Shown here piece by piece: positions 52,976 through 63,017 of a DNA stretch of 64,000 bases. The DNA is from an uncultured Actinomycetes bacterium (GTDB lineage Bacteria > Actinomycetota > Thermoleophilia > Gaiellales > JAICJC01): NCBI GenBank assembly GCA_963731515.1, contig CAVSVU010000022.1, forward strand, positions 979-64,978, written 5' to 3'. The position numbers and the translations under genes were made by a program. The notes under the pieces are model-generated. The model did no database searches. It worked only from the letters and a program-made list of their open reading frames with translations, and was not told the DNA's origin. Each line of letters opens with the position of its first letter. The first letter of the stretch is position 1.

Positions 52976-54262
52976 CTATCCCGCCAGGAACTCGGAGTAG
53001 CCGTTCTGCCAGAGCACCCTGCCGGCGTCGGTCAGGGTCATCTCCTGGATCGAGGTCGGGCCGAGGTCGTCGTTTGTGAGGATGCAGGTCTTGAGGTTCT
53101 CGGGGATCACGCCCTTCGAGATGAGCGATTCGGGATCGATCTCGTTGAGCGGCGGCTGGTAGCCGTTGAAGTTCACGAAGTTCGAATAGGCGACGCCGTT
53201 GTCGTTGATGTAGTTCAGCCACAGGTGCGAGAGCACCGGCTTCTTGGTCGTCGCACAGATCGACCAGCAGTCGTTCTGGACGGGGGCGTGGCCCTTCGCC
53301 GCCTTCCAGTAGCTCATCACCTTCGGCGACGTGCCCTTGGGCAGGTAGTAGAAGTAGCCGGAGAGCGGGTCGCCCGACCAGGCCTGGTTCAGCCAGGCGG
53401 TGCCCTCGGGGATCGTCTGGTACTGCGAGTCGCCGACCTTGATGTTGCAGACCCCGTAGAGCTGCTTCAGGTCGTCGACGGCGCGGTTGATCAGCTTGGG
53501 ATCCTCGGTGTTGATGTCGGTGATCCCGCGCCGCAGCAGGGCCATCGCGATCGTCTCCCGATCCTCGGAGAGCAGCGCCACCTTGCCGCTGTACTTCTGC
53601 GACTCCCAGAAGATGTCCCACGGCTGCGTCATCCCGGCGATGTCCTGGGTCACGTGGTCGTTGCGCCAGAAGATCCCCGTCGCATAGATGGTGTAGGGGA
53701 CGGTGTAGCGCGAGCCGACGTCGTAGAACGGCGAGACCAGCTGCGGCCAGACGTTCTTCTGGAGGTTGGGGATGTAGTCGAGGTTCAGCGGCTTGATGAG
53801 CTTGCCGGCGACGACCTGGTCGAGGTTGTCGGGCGTCATCTCCATCACGTCGGGCTGCACCGAGCCGGACGCGAGCCGCTGGATGCCGGAGGCGATGTTG
53901 TCGAACGGCGTCAGCACCGGCGTCACGTCGTACTTGGAGCAGAACTCCTTGAACAGCTTCGTGTACAGGTAGTCCGGGTAGTTGAAGACCTGGAACGACC
54001 CCCCGGTCTCCGGCTTGAGGCCGGACGCAATGGGATCCTCCCAGCGCGGCAGCGTGACCCGCTTGTCCGGCCGGGCCAGGGGCAGGCCGCCGGGGCCGAC
54101 GGGCGCCGCGCCGCTGCTGCTGCCGCCGCCGCCCGTCGAGGTGCTGTTCGAGCATGCCGCCAGGAGCGACCCCGCGCTCGAGAGGCCGATCGCGGCGCCT
54201 CCGGCGCGGGCCAGCAGGTCGCGCCGCGTGTGGCCGCGCGGCTCCTTCGGATGCAACGTCAT
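52976..54262 (-). CDS. potD: Polyamine-type ABC substrate-binding protein (Tat lipoprotein)
   Basis: TRRDLL Tat signal + LAAC lipobox; FNYPDY, YTVPY, AWSGD. Confidence 0.85.
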   Translation of the reverse strand: MTLHPKEPRGHTRRDLLARAGGAAIGLSSAGSLLAACSNSTSTGGGGSSSGAAPVGPGGLPLARPDKRVTLPRWEDPIASGLKPETGGSFQVFNYPDYLYTKLFKEFCSKYDVTPVLTPFDNIASGIQRLASGSVQPDVMEMTPDNLDQVVAGKLIKPLNLDYIPNLQKNVWPQLVSPFYDVGSRYTVPYTIYATGIFWRNDHVTQDIAGMTQPWDIFWESQKYSGKVALLSEDRETIAMALLRRGITDINTEDPKLINRAVDDLKQLYGVCNIKVGDSQYQTIPEGTAWLNQAWSGDPLSGYFYYLPKGTSPKVMSYWKAAKGHAPVQNDCWSICATTKKPVLSHLWLNYINDNGVAYSNFVNFNGYQPPLNEIDPESLISKGVIPENLKTCILTNDDLGPTSIQEMTLTDAGRVLWQNGYSEFLAG

Positions 54263-54343
54263 CGGTCCCTCCCGTGATGGGTCACGCTCGCTACGACGAT
54301 ACTCCCACCCGGCCGGTTTGGCGCTCCGGGTGTGTGGCCTCGG

Positions 54344-55501
54344 TCACGCAGGCGCCCCGGCGGCGAGGGCACGGACGCCCTCGCCCTCGTCGTCGACCGC
54401 CGTCGCCGGGATGGCGTCGCGGATCAGATCGTGGAAGTGCAGCAGCCCGTTCTCGCGGGCGCCGATCACGCCGGCACGGTAGAGGCTCGAGCCGAGCCCC
54501 TCCTGCACGCGGGCGGTGAGGTCGTTGTCCTCGTGCTGGACCAGGCCGTTGATGCGCGTGTTCAGGTGGCGCACGATCCGGTCGCGGCGGCCCGCCGTCT
54601 CCGGCGGCCGGAACGAGTTCCAGACCGAGAGGGTGCGCCGCTCGTCGAGCGGGTAGTTGACCCAGAAGTCGATCTGGTCAGGGTAGAGGTTGAACGTCAT
54701 CGCCGGGAAGGCGAAGACGAAGTTCCACTCCCGGTTCTCCGGCTCGCGCAGGCCCGGCATCGGCCGCATCAGCCGCTGGTACAGGCGCTCCTGGAGGTTC
54801 TGCGACACCTTGTCGCGCATGGGGCTGCGCGCGATCGACACCCGCGAGTCCGTCGCCTCGACCAGGTAGCGCTTGTAGTCGAGCATCCGCAGCAGGCCGG
54901 GATGGCCGACCGGGATGTGGTACCCCTCGAGGTAGTTGTCGATCGAGTTCTTCCAGTTGATCGGGAGGACGGCGGTGGCCTCGTCGTTCCTCACCAGCCG
55001 CTCGGGCCGGTAGGGCGCGAGCCACTCCTCGAACGGCCCCAGGTACTCGGACAGCGGCGGCGGGTCGGGAGCGAGGCTCGCGAAGACGAAGCCGGCGGCG
55101 ACGCCCACCGAGAGCGGCCAGAGACCGTTCGCGTCCTTGTCGAAGCCGGGGAAGCCGGTCTTCTCGGGGATCGCGAGCAGGCGCCCGTCGAGCCCGTACG
55201 TCCAGCCGTGGTAGGGGCAGCGCATGGCCTTGCCGCAGTTGCCGGCGCCGTCGAGGACGCGGGCCGCGCGGTGGCGGCACACGTTCGAGAACGCGCGCAG
55301 CTCGCCGTCCTTGCCGCGGATCACGGCGATCGGCTCGCCCGCGATCGTCATCGAGACGTAGTCGCCCGGCTCGCGCAGCTGGCTCACGTGGCCGACCAGG
55401 AGCCAGTTGCGGGCGAAGATCTCGCGCCGCTCGGCCTGGAACAGCTCGGGGCTGCGGTACGCCCACGCCGGCAGGGTGCGGGGTGCGACCTCGGTGCTCA
55501 T
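54344..55501 (-). CDS. Rieske non-heme iron oxygenase alpha subunit (choline monooxygenase/CntA-like group)
   Basis: NVCRHR..CPYHGW Rieske motif; NWKNSIDNYLEGYHIPVGH; EDNDL. Confidence 0.93.
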   Translation of the reverse strand: MSTEVAPRTLPAWAYRSPELFQAERREIFARNWLLVGHVSQLREPGDYVSMTIAGEPIAVIRGKDGELRAFSNVCRHRAARVLDGAGNCGKAMRCPYHGWTYGLDGRLLAIPEKTGFPGFDKDANGLWPLSVGVAAGFVFASLAPDPPPLSEYLGPFEEWLAPYRPERLVRNDEATAVLPINWKNSIDNYLEGYHIPVGHPGLLRMLDYKRYLVEATDSRVSIARSPMRDKVSQNLQERLYQRLMRPMPGLREPENREWNFVFAFPAMTFNLYPDQIDFWVNYPLDERRTLSVWNSFRPPETAGRRDRIVRHLNTRINGLVQHEDNDLTARVQEGLGSSLYRAGVIGARENGLLHFHDLIRDAIPATAVDDEGEGVRALAAGAPA

Positions 55502-56109
55502 GCCGCCCTCCCCTGTGCCTGCGACACGGGCCCGAGCTCGTGCGTGGTGGCCGCGGCGAGCGCCGCCCGCATTCCGGCCGGCGTGCGCATGCCGATCAGG
55601 GTCTCGCGGCCCCAGTCGTCGACGCAGGCGGCGAGCCGGCGGGCGGCCCCGTCGACGTCCACGTCCGCCGGGATCGACCCGTCGGCGGCGCCCTCCGCGA
55701 TCAGTTGCGCCACCTGGTCGAGCCAGCGCTGGTGCGAGTCGGCCACCATCGCCCGGGCGGCCTCGTTGTGCGCCGCGTACTGCCACATCTCGTTCCACAC
55801 CGCCCAGTTCGTGCGGATCGCCGGGTCGTCGCCGGCCCAGGTCAGGATCAGCCGCTCCACCCGCTCGCGCCCGTTGGCGAGCTCCGCCAGGTGCTCCTCC
55901 GCGACGGCGTCGGCGAGGTCGTCGGCGTGCGCGAACGCCTCGACGATCACCTCGGCGCGGGAGGGGAAGTAGTAGTGCACGAGCGCGGTCGAGACGCCGG
56001 CCTCACCGGCCACGTCGGACACGCGCACGGCCGCGGCGCCGGTGCGGGCGATGGCCCGGCAGGCTGCGTCCAGGATCAGGTGCTTGCGATTCACGGTGGG
56101 CTCGGTCAT
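55498..56109 (-). CDS. TetR family regulator with BetI-type C-terminal domain
   Basis: ILDAACRAIARTG..VAGEAGVSTALVHYYF; WAVWNEMW. Confidence 0.92.
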   Translation of the reverse strand: MTEPTVNRKHLILDAACRAIARTGAAAVRVSDVAGEAGVSTALVHYYFPSRAEVIVEAFAHADDLADAVAEEHLAELANGRERVERLILTWAGDDPAIRTNWAVWNEMWQYAAHNEAARAMVADSHQRWLDQVAQLIAEGAADGSIPADVDVDGAARRLAACVDDWGRETLIGMRTPAGMRAALAAATTHELGPVSQAQGRAA

Positions 56110-56127
56110 GATGGTGGTGGTGTTTGA

Positions 56128-56143
56128 CTGACTGATCAGTCAG
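56128..56143. promoter_or_regulatory. Probable TetR operator (16-bp perfect palindrome)
   Basis: CTGACTGA-TCAGTCAG within the 51-bp divergent gap. Confidence 0.75.
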
Positions 56144-56160
56144 GATACCGCGCCGACCCG

Positions 56161-56577
56161 ATGAGCGTCAACGTCCCCACCCCGAAGACCCCGTTCGCGC
56201 ACGATGAGGACTGGCGCGACCGGTGGCTGTTCCTGACCCCGGAGGGCGAGTCGCAGCTGCCGCCCGCGGTGGCCGCGCTGCGGGCCGCGCTCGACGAGCC
56301 GGCCGGGGGCGAGGCGGCCGAGACGGAACGGGTCGAGTGGATCATCCTGCACGGCGCCTACGCGGACTGGCTGGCCTATCTGCGCGAGCGGCGGGAGCTG
56401 CTCGCGCGCTATCTCGACCGGTTCGGGGCCGATGCGCTGGCCGGCCTCGTGGTCGACGTGCTCTGGAACCACTATCTGCTGGCACTGACGGTGCCCGGCG
56501 AAGAGCCGCTCGTCGACGCCGAGCGCGACCGCGTGCAGGCCCTGCTCCACCGGATCCACGGGCCGGACGCGCGGTGA
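56161..56577 (+). CDS. Hypothetical protein
   Basis: 138 aa; GTGA overlap with the amine oxidase gene. Confidence 0.75.
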   Translation: MSVNVPTPKTPFAHDEDWRDRWLFLTPEGESQLPPAVAALRAALDEPAGGEAAETERVEWIILHGAYADWLAYLRERRELLARYLDRFGADALAGLVVDVLWNHYLLALTVPGEEPLVDAERDRVQALLHRIHGPDAR

Positions 56578-57878
56578 CGAAGGCCGTGGTCGTGGGCGCC
56601 GGCCTGGCCGGGCTCGCGGCGGCGCGCGACCTCGACCGCGCCGGCTGCGACGTCGTCGTTCTCGAGGCCCGCGACCGGCCCGGCGGGCGGGTCGAGCAGA
56701 CGGAGATCCCGGATGGGCGCGTCGTCCAGCTCGGCGGCGAGCTCGTGGGCGACTTCCACACCGCCTACCTCGAGCTCGTGGCCGAGCTCGGCCTGACGAC
56801 CCGGCCGAGCTACGTCGCCGAGCCCGGCGAGATGACCTTCGACCTGGTCGACGGCACCTGGCGGGGCGACGACGTCCCCTGGATGACCGACGCCGACCGC
56901 GAGGACGCGGCCCGGGTGGGCGGCCTCTTCGTCGAGCTTTCCCGCACGGTCGACCCCGACGACCCGTGGAGCCACCCCGACGCGGAGCGGCTCGACCGGC
57001 TCTCGCTGAACGCCTGGCTGCGCGAGGTGGGCGCAGCGCCCGCCGTCATCCGCGCCCGCGAGGTGGCCGCGCTGAGCCTCTCCGGCGGGTCGGGCGAGCG
57101 CACCTCGCTCCTCGGCGTCCTGCGGATGGACGCGGCCGCCGGATCGCCGGGCGAGTACGACCTCGAAGTCTGGGAGAACCTGACCGTGGCCGAGGGCTCC
57201 GCCACGGTCGCGCTGCGGATGGCGGACGAGCTGGGCGATCGCCTGCGGCTGGGCGCGCCCGTGCGCCGGATCGCGGTCGGAAGCGGGGTCGAGGTGTCCC
57301 TGGCGGACGGCTCGCGGGTGACGGGCGACGTCGTCGTGTGCGCGGTGCCCGTCGCCCCGCTGCGCGACATCGCGCTCGAGGGGATCTCGCCGCAGCGGCT
57401 CGCCTCGCTGCGGCGCCAGCGCAACGCCCGTGCCGGCAAGGCGGTCGTCGCCTACCGGTCGTCCTTCTGGCGCGAGCTGGGCCAGAACGGGCTCTGCGAG
57501 AGCGAGAACCTGTTCGGCTCGACCTGGCCGCAGGGCGAGGGCGTGCTCTCGATCCTCGTGCCGCCCGAGCGGCTGCTCCACCACCTGTCCGCGGCGGACG
57601 AGGTGCGGCGGGCCGAGGTGCTGGATGCGCTGGCGCGGATCTACGACGAGCGCGCCCGCGACCCGGTCGCCTACCTGCAGCGCGACTGGGGCGTCGATCC
57701 GTGGACGCTGGGCTACGTCGCCCAGTGGGCGCCGGGCGACGTCATGGCGGTCGGGCGGCTGCACGGAACCCACGAGCCGCCGTTCTACGTCGCCGGGTCG
57801 GATCACTGGGTGGCGGGCTACATGGAGGGCGCGGTGCGCACGGGCCGCGCCGCCGCGAGGGCGATCCTGGCGCGCTGA
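56574..57878 (+). CDS. Flavin monoamine/putrescine oxidase family
   Basis: VVVGAGLAGL, LEARDRPGGR, W..DPWTLG, GYMEGAVRTG. Confidence 0.92.
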   Translation: MTKAVVVGAGLAGLAAARDLDRAGCDVVVLEARDRPGGRVEQTEIPDGRVVQLGGELVGDFHTAYLELVAELGLTTRPSYVAEPGEMTFDLVDGTWRGDDVPWMTDADREDAARVGGLFVELSRTVDPDDPWSHPDAERLDRLSLNAWLREVGAAPAVIRAREVAALSLSGGSGERTSLLGVLRMDAAAGSPGEYDLEVWENLTVAEGSATVALRMADELGDRLRLGAPVRRIAVGSGVEVSLADGSRVTGDVVVCAVPVAPLRDIALEGISPQRLASLRRQRNARAGKAVVAYRSSFWRELGQNGLCESENLFGSTWPQGEGVLSILVPPERLLHHLSAADEVRRAEVLDALARIYDERARDPVAYLQRDWGVDPWTLGYVAQWAPGDVMAVGRLHGTHEPPFYVAGSDHWVAGYMEGAVRTGRAAARAILAR

Positions 57879-57906
57879 ATAAACGGGGTCAGACCCCGTT
57901 TATTCA
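57876..57906. repeat. 31-bp perfect palindrome (REP-like), copy 2
   Basis: Identical to 24020-24050. Confidence 0.9.
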
Positions 57907-57923
57907 TGCGAGCATACGACGCG

Positions 57924-59981
57924 ATGGCACGAGATCTGCGCCCGCTGTTCGATCCCCGCTCGGTGGCCGTCGTCGGCGCGTCCGACGACCCCGCCAAGTG
58001 GGGCAACTGGCTCGGCCGGGGGGCGCTCAAGGGCGAGCACCGCCGCCCCGTCTACCTGGTGAACCGCAACGGAGGGAGCGTGCTCGGCCGCAGCGCCTAC
58101 CGCTCGCTCGGCGACCTCCCGGACGCGCCCGAGCTCGTGGTCGTCGCCGTCCCCCCGGCCGCCTTCGAGCAGACCGTCGACGACGCGCTCGCCGCCGGCG
58201 CGCGGGCGCTGATCGGCATCACCGCGGGGCTGGGCGAGCTCGGCGGTGAGGCCGGCCTGCGCGAGCGGGCGCTGGTCGCGCGCGTGCGCGACGCCGGCGC
58301 CGTGCTGCTCGGGCCCAACTGCCTGGGCGTGTACGACGCGGCCTCCGATCTCGGGCTGGCGTCGAACGAGTTCCCGCCCGGCTCGATCGGCCTCGCCTCC
58401 CAGAGCGGGAACCTGGCGCTCGAGCTGGGGATCCTGGCCCGCGAGGCCGGCCTCGGGTTCTCCCGCTTCGCGTCGATCGGGAACCAGGCCGACGTCGACC
58501 TGGCCGAGCTCGTCACCGCGTTCGCGGAGCACCCCGAGACCGAGGTGATCGCCGTCTACGCCGAGGACTTCCGCGACGGCCGCGCCTTCGTCGACGCCGC
58601 CGCCGGCGCCGGGAAGCCGGTCGTGCTGCTGACGGTGGGGGCGTCCGAGGCCAGCGCCCGCGCCGCCCGCTCGCACACCGGGGCGCTCGTGAGCGACGTC
58701 GCCGTCGTCGCCGCCGCGGCCAGGGCCGCCGGCGCCCACGTCGTCAAGACGCCGCACCAGATGCTCGACCTGATCCAGGCGCTCGTGCGCACCCACCCGC
58801 TGCGCGGCGACCGCATCGCCGTCATCGGCGACGGCGGCGGCCACGGGGCGGTCGCCTGCGACGTCGCCGCGGCGGTCGGGCTCGAGCTCCCGCGCCTGTC
58901 CGACGCGCTCGCGGCCGGCCTCGCCGCCCACCTTCCGCACACCGCCGCCACCCGCAACCCGGTCGACCTGGCCGGCGGCGGCGAGCAGGACTTCAACTCC
59001 TACGCCAAGGTCTCGCGGACGCTGCTCGAGTCGGGCGAGGTCGACGGCGTGCTGCTGACGGGCTACTTCGGCGGCTACAGCCAGTACTCCGAGCACTTCG
59101 CCGCGGCCGAGGTGGACGTCGCCCGCGCGATCACCGTCGCGGTCGCCGAGACCGGGCGGCCGATGGTGGCCCACTCGATGTACGCCGACTCGCCGACCGC
59201 CCAGGCGCTGCGCGACGGGGGCGTGCCCGTGTACACGGCGATCGAGGCGGCCGCCGGGGCGCTCGCCGGCCTGCGCACGCGGCCGCGCGCGCTCGGGGCG
59301 CCGTCGCTCCCGCCGCCCGCGACCGGCCCGATCGAGCCCGGGTACTTCGGCAGCCGGGCGCTGCTCGAGGCCGCCGGCGTGCCGTTCGCGGCCGCGGTCC
59401 GGGTGACCGGGCCCGAGGAGGCGCTGGCGGCGGCCGGCGATCTCGGCTACCCGGTGGTCGTGAAGGCGGTCGACGCCCTGCACAAGTCGGACTCGGGCGG
59501 CGTGATCGTCGGCATCGCCGACCCGGCGGCACTCGTCGCGGCGGTGCACGACCTGATCGACCGCCTCGCGCCGAAGGCGATCTCGGTCGAGCGGATGGCC
59601 CCGCTCCACGAGGGCGTCGAGCTGATCGTCGGCGCCCGCACCGACCCGCGCTTCGGGCCCGTCGCGATGGTGGGGCTGGGCGGCATCCACGCCGAGGTGT
59701 TCGAGGACGTCGCCGTCGACCTGGCGCCGCTCGAGCCGCTCGCCGCCGAGCGGCTGCTGCGCTCGCTGCGCGGCGCCCCCCTCCTGGCCGGCGTCCGTGG
59801 CCGCCCGCCGCTCGACGTCGGCGCCGCCGCCCGGGTCGCAGCGGCGCTCTCACAGGTGGCGGCGTCGCGTCCCGACGTCGCCGAGATCGAGATCAACCCG
59901 CTGCTGGTCACGCCGTCGGGGGCCACCGCGCTGGACGCCCGCGTGATCGCGCGGGAGGAGGGAGAGGGCGATGCTCGCTAG
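57924..59981 (+). CDS. Acyl-CoA synthetase (NDP-forming), acetate-CoA ligase family
   Basis: PRSVAVVGAS, LGPNCLG, SQSG, ARSHTGAL, NPVDL, HKSDSGGV, EIEINPL. Confidence 0.93.
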   Translation: MARDLRPLFDPRSVAVVGASDDPAKWGNWLGRGALKGEHRRPVYLVNRNGGSVLGRSAYRSLGDLPDAPELVVVAVPPAAFEQTVDDALAAGARALIGITAGLGELGGEAGLRERALVARVRDAGAVLLGPNCLGVYDAASDLGLASNEFPPGSIGLASQSGNLALELGILAREAGLGFSRFASIGNQADVDLAELVTAFAEHPETEVIAVYAEDFRDGRAFVDAAAGAGKPVVLLTVGASEASARAARSHTGALVSDVAVVAAAARAAGAHVVKTPHQMLDLIQALVRTHPLRGDRIAVIGDGGGHGAVACDVAAAVGLELPRLSDALAAGLAAHLPHTAATRNPVDLAGGGEQDFNSYAKVSRTLLESGEVDGVLLTGYFGGYSQYSEHFAAAEVDVARAITVAVAETGRPMVAHSMYADSPTAQALRDGGVPVYTAIEAAAGALAGLRTRPRALGAPSLPPPATGPIEPGYFGSRALLEAAGVPFAAAVRVTGPEEALAAAGDLGYPVVVKAVDALHKSDSGGVIVGIADPAALVAAVHDLIDRLAPKAISVERMAPLHEGVELIVGARTDPRFGPVAMVGLGGIHAEVFEDVAVDLAPLEPLAAERLLRSLRGAPLLAGVRGRPPLDVGAAARVAAALSQVAASRPDVAEIEINPLLVTPSGATALDARVIAREEGEGDAR

Positions 59982-60777
59982 CGGCAGCTTCGACGGCCAG
60001 GTGGCCGTCGTCACGGGCGGGGGGAGCGGCATGGGCCGGGCGATGGCGGTGGAGTTCGCCCGTCTCGGGGCCGCCGTCGTCGTCGCGGGTCGCCGGCCGG
60101 AGCCGCTGGCCGAGACCGTGGCCCTGGTGGAGGCCGCCGGCGGCCGGGCGCTGGCGCAGCCGACCGACGTGCGCGTGCCCGAGCAGGTTGACGCGCTCGT
60201 CGCCGCGGCCGTCGAGCGGTTCGGCCGGCTCGACGTGCTCGTGAACGACGCCGCCGGCAACTTCGTCGTGCGGGCCGAGGACCTGTCCCCGAACGGCTGG
60301 CGCGCCGTCACCTCGATCGTGCTCGACGGCGGCTTCCTCTGCGCCCGCGCCGCCGGCCGCCAGATGATCGCCCAGGGCGACGGCGGGGCGATCCTGAGCG
60401 TCATCGCGAGCTACGCATGGACGGGAGGGCCGGGGACGGTGCACTCCGCCGCCGCGAAGGCGGGCCTCCTGGCGATGACGCGGACGCTGGCCGTCGAATG
60501 GGCGCCCCACCGCATCCGGGTGAACACGATCTGCCCCGGCCCGACCGCGACCGAGGGCGCCGGCGCGGCGCTCTGGCCGACGCCCGCCGACGAGGCGCGG
60601 GTGGCGGCGACCGTCCCCGCCGGGCGGCTGGCGACGGTCGAGGAGATCGCCTGGTGGTCGACGGCGCTGTGCTCGCGCCGGGCGGCGTACATCACGGGCG
60701 AGAACCTCACGATCGACGGCGGCCACTGGCTGGAGCAGGAGGGCTACATGCCCGCCCTGCAGCCGCCGCAGCGGTGA
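59971..60777 (+). CDS. SDR oxidoreductase (2,4-dienoyl-CoA reductase-like)
   Basis: TGGGSGMG, NDAAGNF..AEDLSPNGW, HSAAAKAG. Confidence 0.9.
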   Translation: MLASGSFDGQVAVVTGGGSGMGRAMAVEFARLGAAVVVAGRRPEPLAETVALVEAAGGRALAQPTDVRVPEQVDALVAAAVERFGRLDVLVNDAAGNFVVRAEDLSPNGWRAVTSIVLDGGFLCARAAGRQMIAQGDGGAILSVIASYAWTGGPGTVHSAAAKAGLLAMTRTLAVEWAPHRIRVNTICPGPTATEGAGAALWPTPADEARVAATVPAGRLATVEEIAWWSTALCSRRAAYITGENLTIDGGHWLEQEGYMPALQPPQR

Positions 60778-61553
60778 CCGGCGACGACCCCGGCCTCGAG
60801 CTCGTCGAGGCGGCCGCCGTCGCCGACGCGTTCGGCGCGGACGCGGTGCGCCTGGGCGGCGCGGTGTGCGCCGTCGCGCCGCGGCTCGAGGAGGTGACGA
60901 TCAACCGGGTCATCGGCCTGGGGATCTCGGAGCCTGCCTCCGACGCGGTCCTCGACCGGATCGCCGACGTGTACGGCTCGGTGCGCCACTCGATCGCCCT
61001 CGCGCCCGGAGCCCGCCCCGCCGGCGTCGCGGCGATGCTGCGCGAGCGCGGCTACGAGCCGGCACACGCCTGGGTGAAGTTCGCCCGGACGGCCGCCGAG
61101 CCGCCGGCGCCGACCACCGACCTGCGCATCGAGCGGATCGGCGCGGAGCGGGCGGAGGAGTTCACGGCGGTCCTCGCGGCCGGCTTCGAGATCCCCCAGC
61201 CGGTGACCGCGATGCTCTCCCACCTCCCCGGCCGGCCCGGGTGGAGCTGGTACCTGGCCCACGACGGCGAGGTGCCCGTGGCCTGCGGCGCGCTCTTCGT
61301 GCGCGGGCGCCACGGCTGGCTCGGGCAGGCGGCGACACTCCCGGCACACCGCCGCCGCGGCGCCCAGTCGGCTCTCATCGCCACCCGCATCGGCGCCGCC
61401 GGCGCGGCCGGGGCGGAGGTGGTGGTCACGGAGACGGGCGAGATCGTCGACGAGCGCCCGACGATCTCCTACCGCAACATCCTGCGGGCCGGGTTCGCCG
61501 CCGCGTACCTGCGCCCGAACTACGTGTCGGCGCCCGCCGACGCGGTCGCCTGA
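60774..61553 (+). CDS. GNAT family acetyltransferase
   Basis: NRVIGLG, ATLPAHRRRGAQSALI, SYRNILRAGF; GTGA overlap. Confidence 0.85.
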   Translation: MTGDDPGLELVEAAAVADAFGADAVRLGGAVCAVAPRLEEVTINRVIGLGISEPASDAVLDRIADVYGSVRHSIALAPGARPAGVAAMLRERGYEPAHAWVKFARTAAEPPAPTTDLRIERIGAERAEEFTAVLAAGFEIPQPVTAMLSHLPGRPGWSWYLAHDGEVPVACGALFVRGRHGWLGQAATLPAHRRRGAQSALIATRIGAAGAAGAEVVVTETGEIVDERPTISYRNILRAGFAAAYLRPNYVSAPADAVA

Positions 61554-61554
61554 G

Positions 61555-62289
61555 CTACGGCGTGCGCCGGCGCAGCGTCGTCGCGCCGAGCGCCAGCGCC
61601 AGCAGCGTCGCCCCGATCACGACGACCAGGTCGCGCAGAACGGTCGAATCGAACCCGGACGTGGTCACCCGGGCGAGGCCGTCGTACGCGTAGGTGAGCG
61701 GCAGCGCGTACGCGACCGCCTGCAGCGCCCCGGCCATGTCGTCGCGGGGGACGAGCAGCCCGCACAGGAGCAGCTGCGGGATGACCACGGCCGGCATGAA
61801 CTGCACCGCCTGGAACTCGGTCTTCGCGAAGGCGCTCACGAACAGGCCCAGCGCCATCCCCAGCACGGCGTTTGCGATCGCGAGCCCGGCGACGACCCAC
61901 TCCGACCCGGCCACGTGCAGGTCGAGCAGCCCGAACGCGACGCCCGCCGTGAGCGCCGCCTGCACCGCCGCGACGGCGCCGAACGCGATTCCGTAGCCGC
62001 ACAGCAGGTCGAGCTTCCCGAGCGGCATCGACATCAGCCGCTCGAGCGTCCCCGTCGTGCGCTCCCGCAGCATCGTGATCGCGGTGACGAGGAACATGCT
62101 GATGAACGGGAAGATGCCGAGCAGCGGCGTCCCGATGCGCTGGAACGCGAGCGGCTGGCCGTCGAGGACGTACCGCAGCAGCACCTCGAGCAGGCACGGG
62201 ACGACGAGCAGCATGACCACCGTGCGCGGGTCGCGGCGCAGCTGCAGCATCACCCGCGCAGCGGTCGCCAGCGTGATCCGGGCGCTCAT
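61555..62289 (-). CDS. ABC-2 type transporter permease
   Basis: QLRRDPRT, LRERTTGTLERL, TEFQAVQFMP. Confidence 0.92.
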   Translation of the reverse strand: MSARITLATAARVMLQLRRDPRTVVMLLVVPCLLEVLLRYVLDGQPLAFQRIGTPLLGIFPFISMFLVTAITMLRERTTGTLERLMSMPLGKLDLLCGYGIAFGAVAAVQAALTAGVAFGLLDLHVAGSEWVVAGLAIANAVLGMALGLFVSAFAKTEFQAVQFMPAVVIPQLLLCGLLVPRDDMAGALQAVAYALPLTYAYDGLARVTTSGFDSTVLRDLVVVIGATLLALALGATTLRRRTP

Positions 62290-63017
62290 CGCGCCGCCTC
62301 CGTCTCCCAGCGCTCGATCGTGCGGACGAACGCCTCGCCGAGGTCGTCCTCGCCGGTCGCCGCGCGCAGCTGCTGCGGCGTCTCGGCGGCGAGGATGTGG
62401 CCGTCGCGCATCAGGAGCAGGTGGCTGCAGCGGTCGGCCTCGTCCATCACGTGGCTCGAGACGAGCAGCGTCGTGCCCGCCTCGGCCAGCCCGGCGAAGG
62501 TTCCCCACAGGTCGCGCCGGAGCAGCGGATCGAGGCCCACGGTCGGCTCGTCCAGCACGAGCACCGGCGGGTCGTTGAGGAGCGCCGTCGCGAGGGACAC
62601 GCGGGCGCGCTGACCGCCGGAGAGCGACCCGACCACGCGGCCCGCGAACGCCTCCAGGCCGACCGTGGCGATGACGGCCTCGACCCGCTCGGGCGCGGTC
62701 CCGAGCACGGCGCCGAAGTAGCGCAGATTCTCGCGCACCGACAGGTCGCCGTACACCGAGGGCGCCTGGGTGACGTAGCCGACCCGCGCCCGCAGCGACC
62801 GCGACCCCGCCGGCTCGCCGAGCACGCTCACCGTCCCCGACGCCACCACCTGCACGCCGACGATCGAGCGCATCAGCGTGGACTTGCCGCAGCCGCTCGG
62901 GCCGAGCAGGCCGGTCACCGTGCCCGGGGGGACGTCGAGGCTGATCCGGTGGAGGACGTCGACGCCGCCGCGGCGCACGAGCAGGTCGCGGACTGCGATG
63001 GCGGGCGCGGCGGCCAC
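62286..63017 (-). CDS. ABC transporter ATP-binding protein
   Basis: GPSGCGKST, LSGGQ, LVLDEPTVGLDP, SSHVMDEA; TAGCAT-N6-GTG. Confidence 0.95.
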   Translation of the reverse strand: MAAAPAIAVRDLLVRRGGVDVLHRISLDVPPGTVTGLLGPSGCGKSTLMRSIVGVQVVASGTVSVLGEPAGSRSLRARVGYVTQAPSVYGDLSVRENLRYFGAVLGTAPERVEAVIATVGLEAFAGRVVGSLSGGQRARVSLATALLNDPPVLVLDEPTVGLDPLLRRDLWGTFAGLAEAGTTLLVSSHVMDEADRCSHLLLMRDGHILAAETPQQLRAATGEDDLGEAFVRTIERWETEAAR

